Shown: positions 47,410 to 57,686, counted from the stretch's first letter. The stretch is 64,000 bases of DNA from an uncultured Ignavibacteriales bacterium (GCA_964503315.1 CAZCZL010000012.1:10487-74486); one strand, 5' to 3'. Program-made: numbers and translations. The notes: generated by a model not told the origin, from the sequence alone.

Positions 47410-49283
47410 AATGCCTGCCCCACGCTGATGTGGACTTGCGTGGTTTTGTCAATGTCTGAGATCGGTGCGGCAACATCGAGGCGGATCGGGCCTATCGGAG
47501 TCGTGACTCGAATACCAAGGCCGGCAGAATAACGGAGGTCATCCGTGGGGAAATCAAACGCTCCCAGCCAGACATTGCCGAAATCGCAGAATGCCGCGCC
47601 GGTCAGGATGCCGATGATCGGAAAGCGAAGTTCTATGTTTGCTTCGAATAGGCTTCGTCCGCCCACCGGGTCGCCATTGATCTGCGGCCCCAGTTCCTGG
47701 CGGGCCCATCCGCGCACAGAATTACTTCCGCCGGAGAAGAGCCGTTCTTCGAAGGGGATTATATCCTCATCAGAGAACTCTTTGGCTCCACCGATCTTCG
47801 CGCGAAGTGCCAGGGTGAACGGCGCAAAATGGCGGTAGTGTCGCGCTTCACTCACCAGCTTCCAGAAATGGAAATCGGACCCAAAGCCGAGTCCGCTGAG
47901 CGTGACATTGGTGGAGAGAAAGAATCCGCGCGTGGGTGAGAACAACGGTTTGGAGTTTTCGAACTGTCCACCGAACGCCAGACTAGATTTGGTGTATTCT
48001 TCCGCGTCGATATCGCCTATTACCGCGCGCTGAGCCGCGGAGAGGTCAAGGTTTTTGACATCCTCATAGGTATACGTGACCGCGCCGCCGAGATGATCCG
48101 TGAAGGTATGGCTCAGTTGGATATCACCACCGATTCGGCGCACATCAAACGCTTCCTCGTCCTGCCGCCAGAGGTACGGGCCGAGCGTCAGGGTGGTCCG
48201 CGGATGAATAAATGCCGGCTGAATAACACTCAAACGCACAAGGTACGGCTCGATCTTGGAATGCTTGACATATAGCCGTAATGTTCTTGGACCGCCGAGG
48301 AAGCCATACTTCCGAATATCGCCGTACGCGCGGAACTGCTCCTCGCGACCATAGCCCATGCCTGTTTTTACTTTGTAGCGCGCTCCCTCTCGGACGGCCA
48401 CGGTGACGGGTATCTGTCGCGTTGCGGAATCGCCGAGTTGAGGATGAACGGTCGCGACCTGGAACATTCCTAGACCATACACCTGCTTCTGTGACTGAAG
48501 AACGAGTCGGCGGTCGTAACGCTGTCCCGGCTGATACGCCAGCATGCGGGAAATGGAGCCATCGGCAAAACGCTCATTCCCCGCGATACTTGTCTCTCCA
48601 AAGGTCGCGAGCGGCCCGGCGGTGATCTTCCAGACTACGATCACCCGCGAAGTGAGCGTATCTATCAGGAGGTGGTGGCCTATTCTGGAGTAGGGGTATC
48701 CCTGGTTGGACATAATTAGGACAAGGCTGTCGCGGTCGACCAGAAGCGATGAGTCGCGGAAGCGATTCCCCCGCTGAAGCATAAACTCATCTCGGGCCTT
48801 GTGCAATTGCCAGAGGAGCATGGTCCGCTCGGATTCGTCGATATCCGGTATCTCGTATCCGACACTGTCGATGACTATCGGTTTCCCTTCGTCGATAACG
48901 ATCCGAAGTTTGATCTCATCCTTGCGCGGGTCGTACTTGACCACCTCCGGTTCAGTGATAGTCGCGCGAACAAAACCCTCCTGCTGATAGAACCGCTGGA
49001 CCTTGGCGATTCCTTCGTTGATCACATCCGAATCGTAAAGATAGGAGTCATCGTCACCAAATATGCCGGAAACGCCGGATGAACCACCGGATCTGAGGAT
49101 AGTCTGAAGTTCACCGTCGGAGAATGTTTCATTCCCCGCAAAATCAATCTTAGTGATCTTGGCGCCGGACTGTGCCAGTATGCTTGACGCGAGGAGACTA
49201 CCAAGCAGAAGAAGAAATAGAATGAGAAGCCGCGAAGAGAAGTAGCGAGAGTTGTATCTAACCGGCTCGTGTGACATAGTCAT
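47406..49283 (-). CDS. tamA: Omp85-family outer-membrane protein (TamA/BamA-like; POTRA plus surface-antigen barrel)
   Basis: A signal peptide is followed by POTRA-like repeats (ITKIDFAGNETFSDGEL ...). The C-terminal barrel has GGSNSVRGW and a terminal ...HISVGQAF. It is translationally coupled to tamB. Confidence 0.75.
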   Translation of the reverse strand: MTMSHEPVRYNSRYFSSRLLILFLLLLGSLLASSILAQSGAKITKIDFAGNETFSDGELQTILRSGGSSGVSGIFGDDDSYLYDSDVINEGIAKVQRFYQQEGFVRATITEPEVVKYDPRKDEIKLRIVIDEGKPIVIDSVGYEIPDIDESERTMLLWQLHKARDEFMLQRGNRFRDSSLLVDRDSLVLIMSNQGYPYSRIGHHLLIDTLTSRVIVVWKITAGPLATFGETSIAGNERFADGSISRMLAYQPGQRYDRRLVLQSQKQVYGLGMFQVATVHPQLGDSATRQIPVTVAVREGARYKVKTGMGYGREEQFRAYGDIRKYGFLGGPRTLRLYVKHSKIEPYLVRLSVIQPAFIHPRTTLTLGPYLWRQDEEAFDVRRIGGDIQLSHTFTDHLGGAVTYTYEDVKNLDLSAAQRAVIGDIDAEEYTKSSLAFGGQFENSKPLFSPTRGFFLSTNVTLSGLGFGSDFHFWKLVSEARHYRHFAPFTLALRAKIGGAKEFSDEDIIPFEERLFSGGSNSVRGWARQELGPQINGDPVGGRSLFEANIELRFPIIGILTGAAFCDFGNVWLGAFDFPTDDLRYSAGLGIRVTTPIGPIRLDVAAPISDIDKTTQVHISVGQAF

Positions 49284-49314
49284 CAGCTCCGGAGATTATC
49301 AGGGCGTTCGCGCC

Positions 49315-50082
49315 TTATGAACGCGAAGAATCCTGCGCGGGCGGTTGAGGGCGGAATTCCGGCTTGAGCATTTTGCCCAGGCGCTCCAGAGGAATTGAGA
49401 CCACTTGCACTCCCGCGGCATAGGGGGCGACCGCGTATGGTTCGAAGAATATCACCAGATCGCGCGGCGCGAGCATAAAGCGGGAGAACTTGGTCAGATC
49501 CGGCTCGGTACCGACTTCAACCATCTCCTCATTATACATCTCACCCAGAACCTGTCGAAGCTCCGCGCGGGAGATGACCGAGAGACTGTCCGCAACTTTA
49601 GCCCGTCGTTCGAACAGGTCGGAAAGTAGGAGAAGTCGCTTAGTCGACATGTCGAAATTCAGCGTCGTGACGGTGGTCATGCCGTGCGCGCCGCCGGTGT
49701 AGGAGTACTCATCGAACTTGAAGCAGGCGATATTCGGCGGGAAAACAGATGAACTGTAATTGATATCGAGTTCCGCCTGCCAGGCCGGAGATTCCGAACT
49801 ATCCGGCGCCGCCGCCAGGAAGCTGTCTATCTGCTCCCGCACAAACTGCTCTAAGAGCGTATCGACGATCGGTTCACCGGTGCGCGGGAACCGCGCGGAG
49901 TACTGGTATCTGGCCGTGGAGTCGCTGAGCGCCGCCGGTTCTTCGAGGGGGAGCAAACCGAGGGTATCGCCGGCCTCGAGAGAAAAGATATCCACCGGAG
50001 CCGGCTGCTGGACTACTTCCTTCTCTTTGGCACAGCCAGAAACAAGCAGGATCAGGAGGCTGGAAAGAACCGCGATCTTCAC
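49315..50082 (-). CDS. lipoprotein with DUF4163/DUF3298-like (RsiV/PdaC-type) domains
   Basis: The GTG at 50082 gives VKIAVLSSLLILLVSGC (a lipobox). Also present are YSYTGGAHGM and FFEPYAVAPYAAGVQVVSIP, motifs characteristic of DUF3298. Confidence 0.6.
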   Translation of the reverse strand: MKIAVLSSLLILLVSGCAKEKEVVQQPAPVDIFSLEAGDTLGLLPLEEPAALSDSTARYQYSARFPRTGEPIVDTLLEQFVREQIDSFLAAAPDSSESPAWQAELDINYSSSVFPPNIACFKFDEYSYTGGAHGMTTVTTLNFDMSTKRLLLLSDLFERRAKVADSLSVISRAELRQVLGEMYNEEMVEVGTEPDLTKFSRFMLAPRDLVIFFEPYAVAPYAAGVQVVSIPLERLGKMLKPEFRPQPPAQDSSRS

Positions 50083-50313
50083 TATGGTCGCTCCGGTTGG
50101 CGAGTGGCCGAAATTCTGGTTTTGAGTGCCATTTTCATACTTAAAATGTAAAGATGCAGAGGAAGTTTCCGCAACGCAAGCAAATCGGCAGAAAGGTCCA
50201 TGACTCAGTATATCTGGTACCAAATTGGACTTACAGTCCTGACCCATTAGTTAGAAGAAAGCATGCGCTGGTAGGCAGCAAGTCGGACGAAAAGAAGTTG
50301 ATCACCACGAGGC

Positions 50314-50347
50314 AAACAGAAACGGGATGGCGGATTCGCCATCCCGT
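50314..50347 (-). terminator. terminator after the octaheme cytochrome gene
   Basis: A perfect 11-bp stem (acgggatggcg / cgccatcccgt) holds a 4-nt loop. On the minus strand it is followed by ttctgttt. Confidence 0.6.
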
Positions 50348-50375
50348 GAATACCAGCGAATTTGAGCGCCGAAGG

Positions 50376-51623
50376 TTAGCCCTTACGCCCCTTATGGTTG
50401 GCACGCAATTCGGTCGCCATCTCACGGATCTCCGTCAGATCACGCACCATCTCGGACCATCCGTACCAGAGCGAATAATCCGGATTATTGTGGAACGCGC
50501 CCTGGAATGCCCGCATCCGATGTTCCAGATGCATAGCGAACAGTTTCTGCTCGATACTGGTCGGAGCGTCATGGAACGTCAGCAGATCCGGAAACGCGCC
50601 GGCATAGCCGGCAGGTTTCGCGAGGATACCGTCGGTATAGAGCGACGCGATCTCGCGAATTGCCTGCGCCAACAGGTGATCCGCCTCACGAATGATGTCA
50701 TCTCCCTTCGCCAGTTCCGCTTTAGCGAAGTTCTCGGAGTGACACTGCCCGCAGGCACTGATCATTTTGTTCCGTTCACGGTCGAAATCCTCCTGCGTCA
50801 GTCGAGCGACATCGGCGGCCTTAACCGCGTCGAGCCGTCCAGTCGGCTGGCCGGTCGGGTCGAGCACACCGAGCGCCTGCAATATTGTCACCTGATCGGC
50901 GGCCCATTGCGAATCCGCCGGCAATGGGAGGCGAACCGCCAGGAATCCCCACGCGGTGCGGACTTCGTGGTTTCCTTCCTGCATATGGCAATCCTGACAG
51001 GTCGGCGCGGACGCGGATTCCGGGAGTGTGCCGTTCTGCTTTAGGAGATAGCGTACGCCATGTTTGGAGGATGAGTACATTTCCCACTGCGGGTGGTCAA
51101 AGCCCATATGACAGGTCTGACAGGCCTGCGGTTGTTTCGCTTCGATGACCGAGAAGGTGTGTCGAGTATGGCAGGCATCACAGGACGCGTTTCCGAAACC
51201 GGGGTTGTCGGTCTTGAGCTTCTTGAGTTCCTCATCGGATTTTATCCCGATCTTGTGGCAACCGCCGCATCCTTTCATGCCATCGATAAGCGCTACCGGA
51301 TGAGCATGCGTGGTTGGCATTGCTTTAAGCGCGGTCCAGGCATGGGCATGTTTCCCCTTCATGAACTGCTCAGTTTGCTGACTGTGGCACTCGCCGCAGG
51401 TCTGCGGAGTCGGCAGCGTGACTTTGTCGACATCGGCGGCGCTGGTATGGCCAGATCCGTGGCATCCGTCGCAGCCAATATCATTGGCGGCATGTTTCGA
51501 AAGCTTCCAGTCTGTCACAATATTCGGTGTGATCTTGGAGTGGCATTCCTGACAGGTCTCTGCCGAGCTGACGACCGGGAGCACTAGCGCCAGTGCCGTC
51601 AGAATAAGGAGCAAGCGTTTCAT
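50376..51623 (-). CDS. hao: octaheme c-type cytochrome, hydroxylamine oxidoreductase (HAO) family-like
   Basis: It has a signal peptide and eight CxxCH motifs (CQECH, CDGCH, CGECH, CGGCH, CDACH, CQTCH, CQDCH, CGQCH). The segment CDACHTRHTFSVIEAKQPQACQTCHMGFDHPQWEMYSSSKHG matches my memory of the conserved HAO-family core. Confidence 0.7.
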   Translation of the reverse strand: MKRLLLILTALALVLPVVSSAETCQECHSKITPNIVTDWKLSKHAANDIGCDGCHGSGHTSAADVDKVTLPTPQTCGECHSQQTEQFMKGKHAHAWTALKAMPTTHAHPVALIDGMKGCGGCHKIGIKSDEELKKLKTDNPGFGNASCDACHTRHTFSVIEAKQPQACQTCHMGFDHPQWEMYSSSKHGVRYLLKQNGTLPESASAPTCQDCHMQEGNHEVRTAWGFLAVRLPLPADSQWAADQVTILQALGVLDPTGQPTGRLDAVKAADVARLTQEDFDRERNKMISACGQCHSENFAKAELAKGDDIIREADHLLAQAIREIASLYTDGILAKPAGYAGAFPDLLTFHDAPTSIEQKLFAMHLEHRMRAFQGAFHNNPDYSLWYGWSEMVRDLTEIREMATELRANHKGRKG

Positions 51624-51832
51624 ACGTACCTCGTAAGATAAAAATGGGATGATCGCCCCATGCTAACAGTTTGGTTTGGTGGATAATACGGGTATGAAAT
51701 AGTGGCTCCCTTGACTTTAGTCAACTTGAACCGAAACGATTTCTTCGCTCAAAGAGGACTGCCAGCGGTCCTCTCTTTAGTTCGACTGAGTTCTTGCCGA
51801 CCTAGTCTTTATCAGCAGACTGGAGTTGAGAT

Positions 51833-52627
51833 ATGGTTGCCTATTTGCCTTACTTGTTAATCGGTCTTGTGGCCTGGGGGATTTTTGCCTTGATCCGCCA
51901 TTCCCGTCGGCTCATGGCCGAGCAGAAGCAGATGTTGCAGGAGCTCGGATTTACCGAAATAGCTGCGGTTGACAGCGAATTAACTGCCAAAGTGAATCGT
52001 CTGCGGAATATCGGGCGAGGGAACGTCAGGATAACCAAAGCATACTCGCGACGTCAGGGATACTATACGCTCTATATCCTGTATGTATGGACGGGGGGCA
52101 AGTCGGATTCTTCAACCCAGTGGACTTCCGCTATCGTATCGCCTGAATTGGATCTTCCCACTTTTGCCCTATCGCCCGCGCTTCCAATCAAGGGAAAATT
52201 GGGCGAGTGGTTGAACAGCGCGATCACCTGGGCGATACAAAAGCGCGGAATGTCCCGCGTAGAGATACCGAAAGAGACGGGATGCGCCGAGAGTCATTAT
52301 CTGTTCGCGGAGAAGCCGGAGCAGGCCAAGGGATATTTCCCGAGCCAGTTCTGGGAGCGGATGGCGACCGACAAACATCGCTTGATGCTCGAAGGGAGCG
52401 GTGAGATGTTGCTTTTCTGGTCGATGCCTGGCGCGGACAAACAGAGCCGTCGCGTCAATTGGGTGGGAAATCGCAAGGCAGTACGTTTGCGCATGGATAT
52501 CGCGGAACGATTGTTTGGCTGGATGCGCGAGTGCGGCAAAGTAGCGCAAAAAAGTCAGGCGCGGAATCTGTCGGGGGTGCTGAATGGTATCAGCGCGATC
52601 CAGGCGGAGCGTGATCACTCCGCCTGA
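51833..52627 (+). CDS. hypothetical membrane-anchored protein
   Basis: 264-aa ORF with one N-terminal helix (YLPYLLIGLVAWGIFALI). No recognisable motif. Confidence 0.45.
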   Translation: MVAYLPYLLIGLVAWGIFALIRHSRRLMAEQKQMLQELGFTEIAAVDSELTAKVNRLRNIGRGNVRITKAYSRRQGYYTLYILYVWTGGKSDSSTQWTSAIVSPELDLPTFALSPALPIKGKLGEWLNSAITWAIQKRGMSRVEIPKETGCAESHYLFAEKPEQAKGYFPSQFWERMATDKHRLMLEGSGEMLLFWSMPGADKQSRRVNWVGNRKAVRLRMDIAERLFGWMRECGKVAQKSQARNLSGVLNGISAIQAERDHSA

Positions 52628-52640
52628 ATAACGCGGTAGA

Positions 52641-54632
52641 TCACGCCGGTTTGAACACTATCGCGTCGATGATCGAGCGTGAGTTCTTGCCGATCAGTTC
52701 AAGCAACGCGCCGTATTTCTCCCGCGGCTGCAGCGAACGCTTCAACGTGATCACCTGCTTCAGCAGTATCCCGTTCGATGTCTGTTCCGAGGTGCAGGTG
52801 AGAGTCCCGAACTCATTCTCAATATTGATCGGCTCAGGCAGAGCGGCGGTGATCCATCCGGCAGGCGCCGTAATGGCAAAGGTTTGCTCTATCCGTCTGG
52901 TGAAACCGACCCAGACAGGATTCTGACGGGCTGTGGTATCCATGGAGAGGATCGATTCAACCATTGATGTCATCAGATCAGCGCTTTGCAGCACCATCTC
53001 CTGCGGAGTGGTCATCACCAGGTTACCGATGGTGTAGTCGTAGTCAACAATGAACGGCTGGTCTATCAGGCTGTCGTTCGTGATAATCAGCGAATTGACT
53101 GTCAGATCCGCGCCTGGGAAATGGAGCGCCGACTTGAGCGAATCGATCACTTCATTGCGGTCTACATTGCGAATATCAAAGCGCGCGCGGTAGGCGTAAC
53201 TCCCCTGGTACGTGCGCCGCTGTTTGACGCCCACCATGCCATTGGAGTCAATGGCGATCTGAAAGTCGCCGCTCAGGATATTCTTCTCGGTGGTATCCAC
53301 CGGGATCTTCCATTGTCGGGCAAAGCTCTCATCCGAAACGATGACCGTCGGCTGGTCCTGATAGAAATCGGGGACTTGTCCGACAGGGAGCCGCACCGAG
53401 GCGGGAAAAACAATTTGCACGCGGTTGTCGAGATGGGCCAGCAGGGCCGGTACCTGCACCTGGTCGACTGAGATAAAGCTGGCATCGAAGTAGCCATTGT
53501 ACGCATCATGGACCAGCAGGTAATCGCTGTCAATCCCCGCATGACTCAGCATATTCCTGGCGAGGCCGGTAATGTCGTAGATATTCCCGCGCTTCAGTTT
53601 AAGGGTCTTACCGGGATCACCATCGTTTCCCTCCGGATACCAGATGATATTCTTGGAGACATATTCTACTATGGTTTTGAGCCGTTCATCCTGGGTGATC
53701 TTTCCGGCTATCAGTGAATCAGCCACGGCGTTGACCTGCTTGGACTCCTTTTCGCTTTTCTTGATAGCATATTTGCGGAAGCGTTTGGCGACCTCATCCC
53801 AGGTATTCACCAGCTCCGGTTTGATATCTTCCATCTTGAGGTAGGTGACCCGGAAATTGAGGTATTTCGCGACCTGCTTGTATGGTGGCGCATACGGTTC
53901 GTACTGGAGCGCCGGAATATCCGTCGCCTCGTACACCATCAACGTCTTGCGCGACTTCTCGTCCTGGCGATACTGCACCGGGATCGACCTGTTCGGCCCG
54001 ATATTCTTGATCTGGATCGTCCACCAGTTAGGATAGGCATACGTGAAGCTCAGCTTTTCACACGGGATAGTGAACTGCAGAGGGATATCGTGCTCCAAAG
54101 GTGGAAACCAGTAGGCAACATCGTAGCGGAACTCATACCCGATCGTGACGATCGTCCCCTTCTTCACGTTGGGAAACGCTATCTTGTAATCCTTGTCACC
54201 GTCGGCGGTTTTGTATTCCTGCAGATCTTTTGTCCCAAAGAATTTCACCGTACCATCGGGATAAGAGACGCGGATATAGAACTTGTCCGGCTTGAACCCG
54301 ATGCTGTAGCCGGCCAGATCGTCATCTTCGGGGTTGAGGATCAGATATTCACACTTATAGACATTGCTGTAGGTCCAGTCTGCTCCGAGGCTCCCAAAAA
54401 GCGCCGCGCCGACCGACATATTCTTGCTGCCGGAATGCTCGATCGTCTCGTCGATATTGAGGAACACGCCGTCATAGGACGAATACTTGGCGGCATACGC
54501 CTCGCGGTCGATGGTCGGTATCGGAATATTGGGTACTTCATCAGGGGATTCGAGTTTGACCAACTGTGGGGCACGGGGACATCCTGCCGCAAGGAACGCG
54601 GCGAACGTACAGAGGAAAATCAGCCGTTTCAT
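52641..54632 (-). CDS. DUF3857 / transglutaminase-like / DUF3858 lipoprotein, catalytic Cys apparently absent
   Basis: It has a lipobox (FLAAGC). At the position where the paralog has GDCKD, this protein reads RGNIYDITGLARNMLSHAGIDSDYLLV. The start overlaps the upstream paralog stop (ATGA). Confidence 0.55.
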   Translation of the reverse strand: MKRLIFLCTFAAFLAAGCPRAPQLVKLESPDEVPNIPIPTIDREAYAAKYSSYDGVFLNIDETIEHSGSKNMSVGAALFGSLGADWTYSNVYKCEYLILNPEDDDLAGYSIGFKPDKFYIRVSYPDGTVKFFGTKDLQEYKTADGDKDYKIAFPNVKKGTIVTIGYEFRYDVAYWFPPLEHDIPLQFTIPCEKLSFTYAYPNWWTIQIKNIGPNRSIPVQYRQDEKSRKTLMVYEATDIPALQYEPYAPPYKQVAKYLNFRVTYLKMEDIKPELVNTWDEVAKRFRKYAIKKSEKESKQVNAVADSLIAGKITQDERLKTIVEYVSKNIIWYPEGNDGDPGKTLKLKRGNIYDITGLARNMLSHAGIDSDYLLVHDAYNGYFDASFISVDQVQVPALLAHLDNRVQIVFPASVRLPVGQVPDFYQDQPTVIVSDESFARQWKIPVDTTEKNILSGDFQIAIDSNGMVGVKQRRTYQGSYAYRARFDIRNVDRNEVIDSLKSALHFPGADLTVNSLIITNDSLIDQPFIVDYDYTIGNLVMTTPQEMVLQSADLMTSMVESILSMDTTARQNPVWVGFTRRIEQTFAITAPAGWITAALPEPINIENEFGTLTCTSEQTSNGILLKQVITLKRSLQPREKYGALLELIGKNSRSIIDAIVFKPA

Positions 54633-56476
54633 TGGGTTACTCCCGATATCACAAACATGTTCTTCTTTTCGGCCAGGTATCGACGCCAGTGCTCCAGGGT
54701 GGCGGTTTTCGCGTCACCGGAGAGCACTTTGGCGAATTTGCGCACTTCGTAACTGATCTCCAGCCCGGTATCGGTGCGTTTGCAGATCGCACGGTAAAAT
54801 CCAGTGGAGTCATTTCCAAAGGACAGTGAATCGACATCCGATGCAGCAGTCGCGCCGCGAAGTCGCAACTCGAGCGTGACATGCCGCCGACGTTCATAAA
54901 ACAGAGCCAGTGTGTCGTTGGCTCGTTGCAGTAGTTCACCCGTGTCAAAACTGAGTGGCGTGCGCGTCACATAGCGACTGCTGGGAGTGTTGATGACGAA
55001 CCGCGACAGGTCCGCGTCCGCGCTGATGGTCATCTCCCGCGCGCCATTCTCTGTGACTTTGCAGTTGGAGAAAGGTATCTGGGGGAGGCAGGTTGTCACA
55101 TACTCGTTGAGCATCTCCTGCAGACTTCTGCCTGACTGTTCCGCCTGATTGAATCGGATCGCGGCCATCTGGTCGCGGCGAATGATGATCGTGCCGCGCG
55201 CTTGTTTGAGTGAATCGATATGCGCTTCGAAACTGAACTCCATCGAGGGTGTCGACCAGTCGGTTGTAACCGGGAGCAGGCGGGGTTGTTGCGGGTCAAG
55301 AATGAGTGCGGGATGACCCACGATCGTCTCAGGTGGATCCTCCAATTCATGATGGCGGGCGGTCGGGTCGAAGAAGATCTCTCGCGTGCTATCCTGGTAG
55401 TAGCAGATAACGTGATTGAACAGACCGATATGCAACGCCTTCATCGGCGCACGAATCTCCGTTGAGACCAGCCCCATGTGGACAGTCAGACCGAGTTCGC
55501 GCGCCAGCGCACAGATCAGGTAGGCTCTATCCTTGCAGTCGCCAAAGCTCCGCGCCAATACGTAGGCAGGCTTGTGCGGATAGATGCTGTGATCATCGCG
55601 GGAATCGAACAGATACCGAATGTTATGACGGACCCAGTCATGTATCCCTTTCAATTGCTCCACAGGCGACGACAGTGCTCGCAGGCTGTCCAGCCACGGC
55701 AGAGACATTACCGTATCAAGACGCGGCTCGAGATCCACTTCTTTGGCGTACCATCGAATGAAATGCACCGGATCGGATGGAGTCTCCAGTTCCTGCTGAG
55801 TGACCATCGGAATGATGACGGCGTGCAGGTCGTTGAACGGATAGACATAGAGCTGTGGTCTTTTCGCCAGAGGGCGGAAATAGATAGACGTCTGCTTATT
55901 CGTTGGACGTTCTATCTGGTATTCTGCCGATGGATTGCAGAGATAGATGTCGAAGTCAACTGTCACGTTCGCCGGATGATTGTAGACGACATGATACACC
56001 GCCTGTGAATCAAGATTGCGTAGATGCAACATCGGCAGGTAACCGATATCATCGAAATCCTGCACGAACTCATAGGCCATCAGGTCGTTGATCTTGGGAG
56101 TCTCCGGATAAAACAGGTAGTGCACTTTCGCATCTGAGAGGAAGACATCTCCCCCTTCGTACGTCTCCACGGAACGATATTTCCCTGCGAGCGGCTCGCG
56201 GTTCAACGTTGATCGGACCTGAGACATCTTCCCGTGTCCCGGCTCGTATAAGACGATCCAGCGATCATCGACCGGCCGAACATTCAGACAGGTCTGTTGC
56301 TCATACACCGTGGCCTTGGTCTTGAAACGGTCATTGGAGGTCTGGGTGATAGTGAACGTCAGGGTCTTTTCGTAGACAGTCTGGGGACCTTCGGACGCAC
56401 GGCCGATCCCCGTCCCTACCAGGAAGAGAAACAGCAACGTCACCAACGTGGAGTTGCGAACCTTTGAAGTAACCAT
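54629..56476 (-). CDS. DUF3857 / transglutaminase-like protein with intact Cys-His-Asp signature
   Basis: It has a signal peptide. FGDCKDRAYLICALARELGL (Cys), FNHVICYY (His) and FFDPT (Asp) are present in the canonical order. Confidence 0.6.
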   Translation of the reverse strand: MVTSKVRNSTLVTLLFLFLVGTGIGRASEGPQTVYEKTLTFTITQTSNDRFKTKATVYEQQTCLNVRPVDDRWIVLYEPGHGKMSQVRSTLNREPLAGKYRSVETYEGGDVFLSDAKVHYLFYPETPKINDLMAYEFVQDFDDIGYLPMLHLRNLDSQAVYHVVYNHPANVTVDFDIYLCNPSAEYQIERPTNKQTSIYFRPLAKRPQLYVYPFNDLHAVIIPMVTQQELETPSDPVHFIRWYAKEVDLEPRLDTVMSLPWLDSLRALSSPVEQLKGIHDWVRHNIRYLFDSRDDHSIYPHKPAYVLARSFGDCKDRAYLICALARELGLTVHMGLVSTEIRAPMKALHIGLFNHVICYYQDSTREIFFDPTARHHELEDPPETIVGHPALILDPQQPRLLPVTTDWSTPSMEFSFEAHIDSLKQARGTIIIRRDQMAAIRFNQAEQSGRSLQEMLNEYVTTCLPQIPFSNCKVTENGAREMTISADADLSRFVINTPSSRYVTRTPLSFDTGELLQRANDTLALFYERRRHVTLELRLRGATAASDVDSLSFGNDSTGFYRAICKRTDTGLEISYEVRKFAKVLSGDAKTATLEHWRRYLAEKKNMFVISGVTQ

Positions 56477-56540
56477 CCCAGGCGCAATATGGGCAACGGT
56501 ATCCGGTTAGTCAACGGCTTTCAAAGCGGAGATAGATGGC

Positions 56541-56572
56541 GAAAGAAAACGGACCCGGAGTGACCGGGTCCG
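56541..56572 (-). terminator. terminator after msrB-msrA
   Basis: cggacccgg, a 5-nt loop, then ccgggtccg. On the minus strand it is followed by ttttctttc. Confidence 0.6.
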
Positions 56573-56593
56573 CATTAGTGAGAATAAGTCTTT

Positions 56594-57565
56594 TTAGAAC
56601 CGCTTCGTATAGAAGTGGCAGTACGGTTCTTTGCCCGTGTAGTTGTAGTAATCCTGGTGGTACTGCTCGGCCGGCCAGAATTTGTCGGCGCTGGCTATTT
56701 CGGTCACCACTTTGTACCCTTTCGCCTTGAGCAGTCCGATCAACTTCTCGATAACCGCGCGCTGTTCGGCAGAAGTAACAAAGATCGCTGAACGATACTG
56801 GTCCCCAATATCCGGTCCCTGGCGATCGATCTGTGTCGGGTCATGGATCTCGAAGAAATACCGTGCCAGCGTCTCGTAATCCGTCTTGGTCGGATCAAAA
56901 ACAACTTCGACCGTCTCCGCATGGCCGGTGGTGCCGTCGCAAACCTCACGATAGGTCGGGTTCTCTTTCGTTCCACCCATATACCCGGAAACAGCTGAGA
57001 TCACTCCCTTTTGCTGTTCCAGCAAGTGTTCAGTTCCCCAGAAGCAACCGCCTGCGAAATACGCGCGCTCGGTTTTGACCGGCGCGGTCTGAGCTGAGTC
57101 CGGAACGAAACTCATCGAGATCGAATTGACGCAGTGACGTGTATTTTTCTCGGTGAAGCGCTCACCCTCGAAGACGTGCCCAAGATGTCCGCCGCATTTG
57201 GCGCAGGTGATCTCGGTCCGCATGCCATCGGCATCGAGACTTCGCTTCACCGCGCCAGGAATGGCGTCGTCAAAGCTGGGCCATCCGCAGCCGGCATCGA
57301 ATTTGTCCGACGAGCGATAGAGAGCCGTGCCGCACCGTTTGCAGGTGTAAGTCCCTTTGGCCGTATGGGTGTAGTATTCGCCGGTGAACGGCATCTCGGT
57401 CCCTTTATTGACGATCACCCGTTCTTCTTCAGGCGTCAATTTGTTCCATTCCATTTTTTTCTCCTTCGTCTGGTCGGATGACGTAAACGCCACCGAGGCG
57501 ATGATCAGTCCGGCAACGACTATGAGCGCGGCCCAGGCCAGGCGGAAATAAGACGTTCGGTTCAT
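56594..57565 (-). CDS. msrAB: bifunctional methionine sulfoxide reductase MsrB-MsrA with N-terminal membrane anchor/signal
   Basis: The MsrB half has CKRCGTALY..GCGWPSF..CAKCGGHLGHVF. The MsrA half has AYFAGGCFWGTEH..GYMGG..EVCDGTTGHAE. Confidence 0.9.
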   Translation of the reverse strand: MNRTSYFRLAWAALIVVAGLIIASVAFTSSDQTKEKKMEWNKLTPEEERVIVNKGTEMPFTGEYYTHTAKGTYTCKRCGTALYRSSDKFDAGCGWPSFDDAIPGAVKRSLDADGMRTEITCAKCGGHLGHVFEGERFTEKNTRHCVNSISMSFVPDSAQTAPVKTERAYFAGGCFWGTEHLLEQQKGVISAVSGYMGGTKENPTYREVCDGTTGHAETVEVVFDPTKTDYETLARYFFEIHDPTQIDRQGPDIGDQYRSAIFVTSAEQRAVIEKLIGLLKAKGYKVVTEIASADKFWPAEQYHQDYYNYTGKEPYCHFYTKRF

Positions 57566-57686
57566 TCTGAAATTCCTCTCTGAGGGCCAGCTGAGGTAGC
57601 CCGGAAAACAGCGGCTCTCGCGGGTTATAACACCGAACGGTTCCCGAAGTGCCGCCCGGTCATGTCCATGACAGAGAAATGACAGA

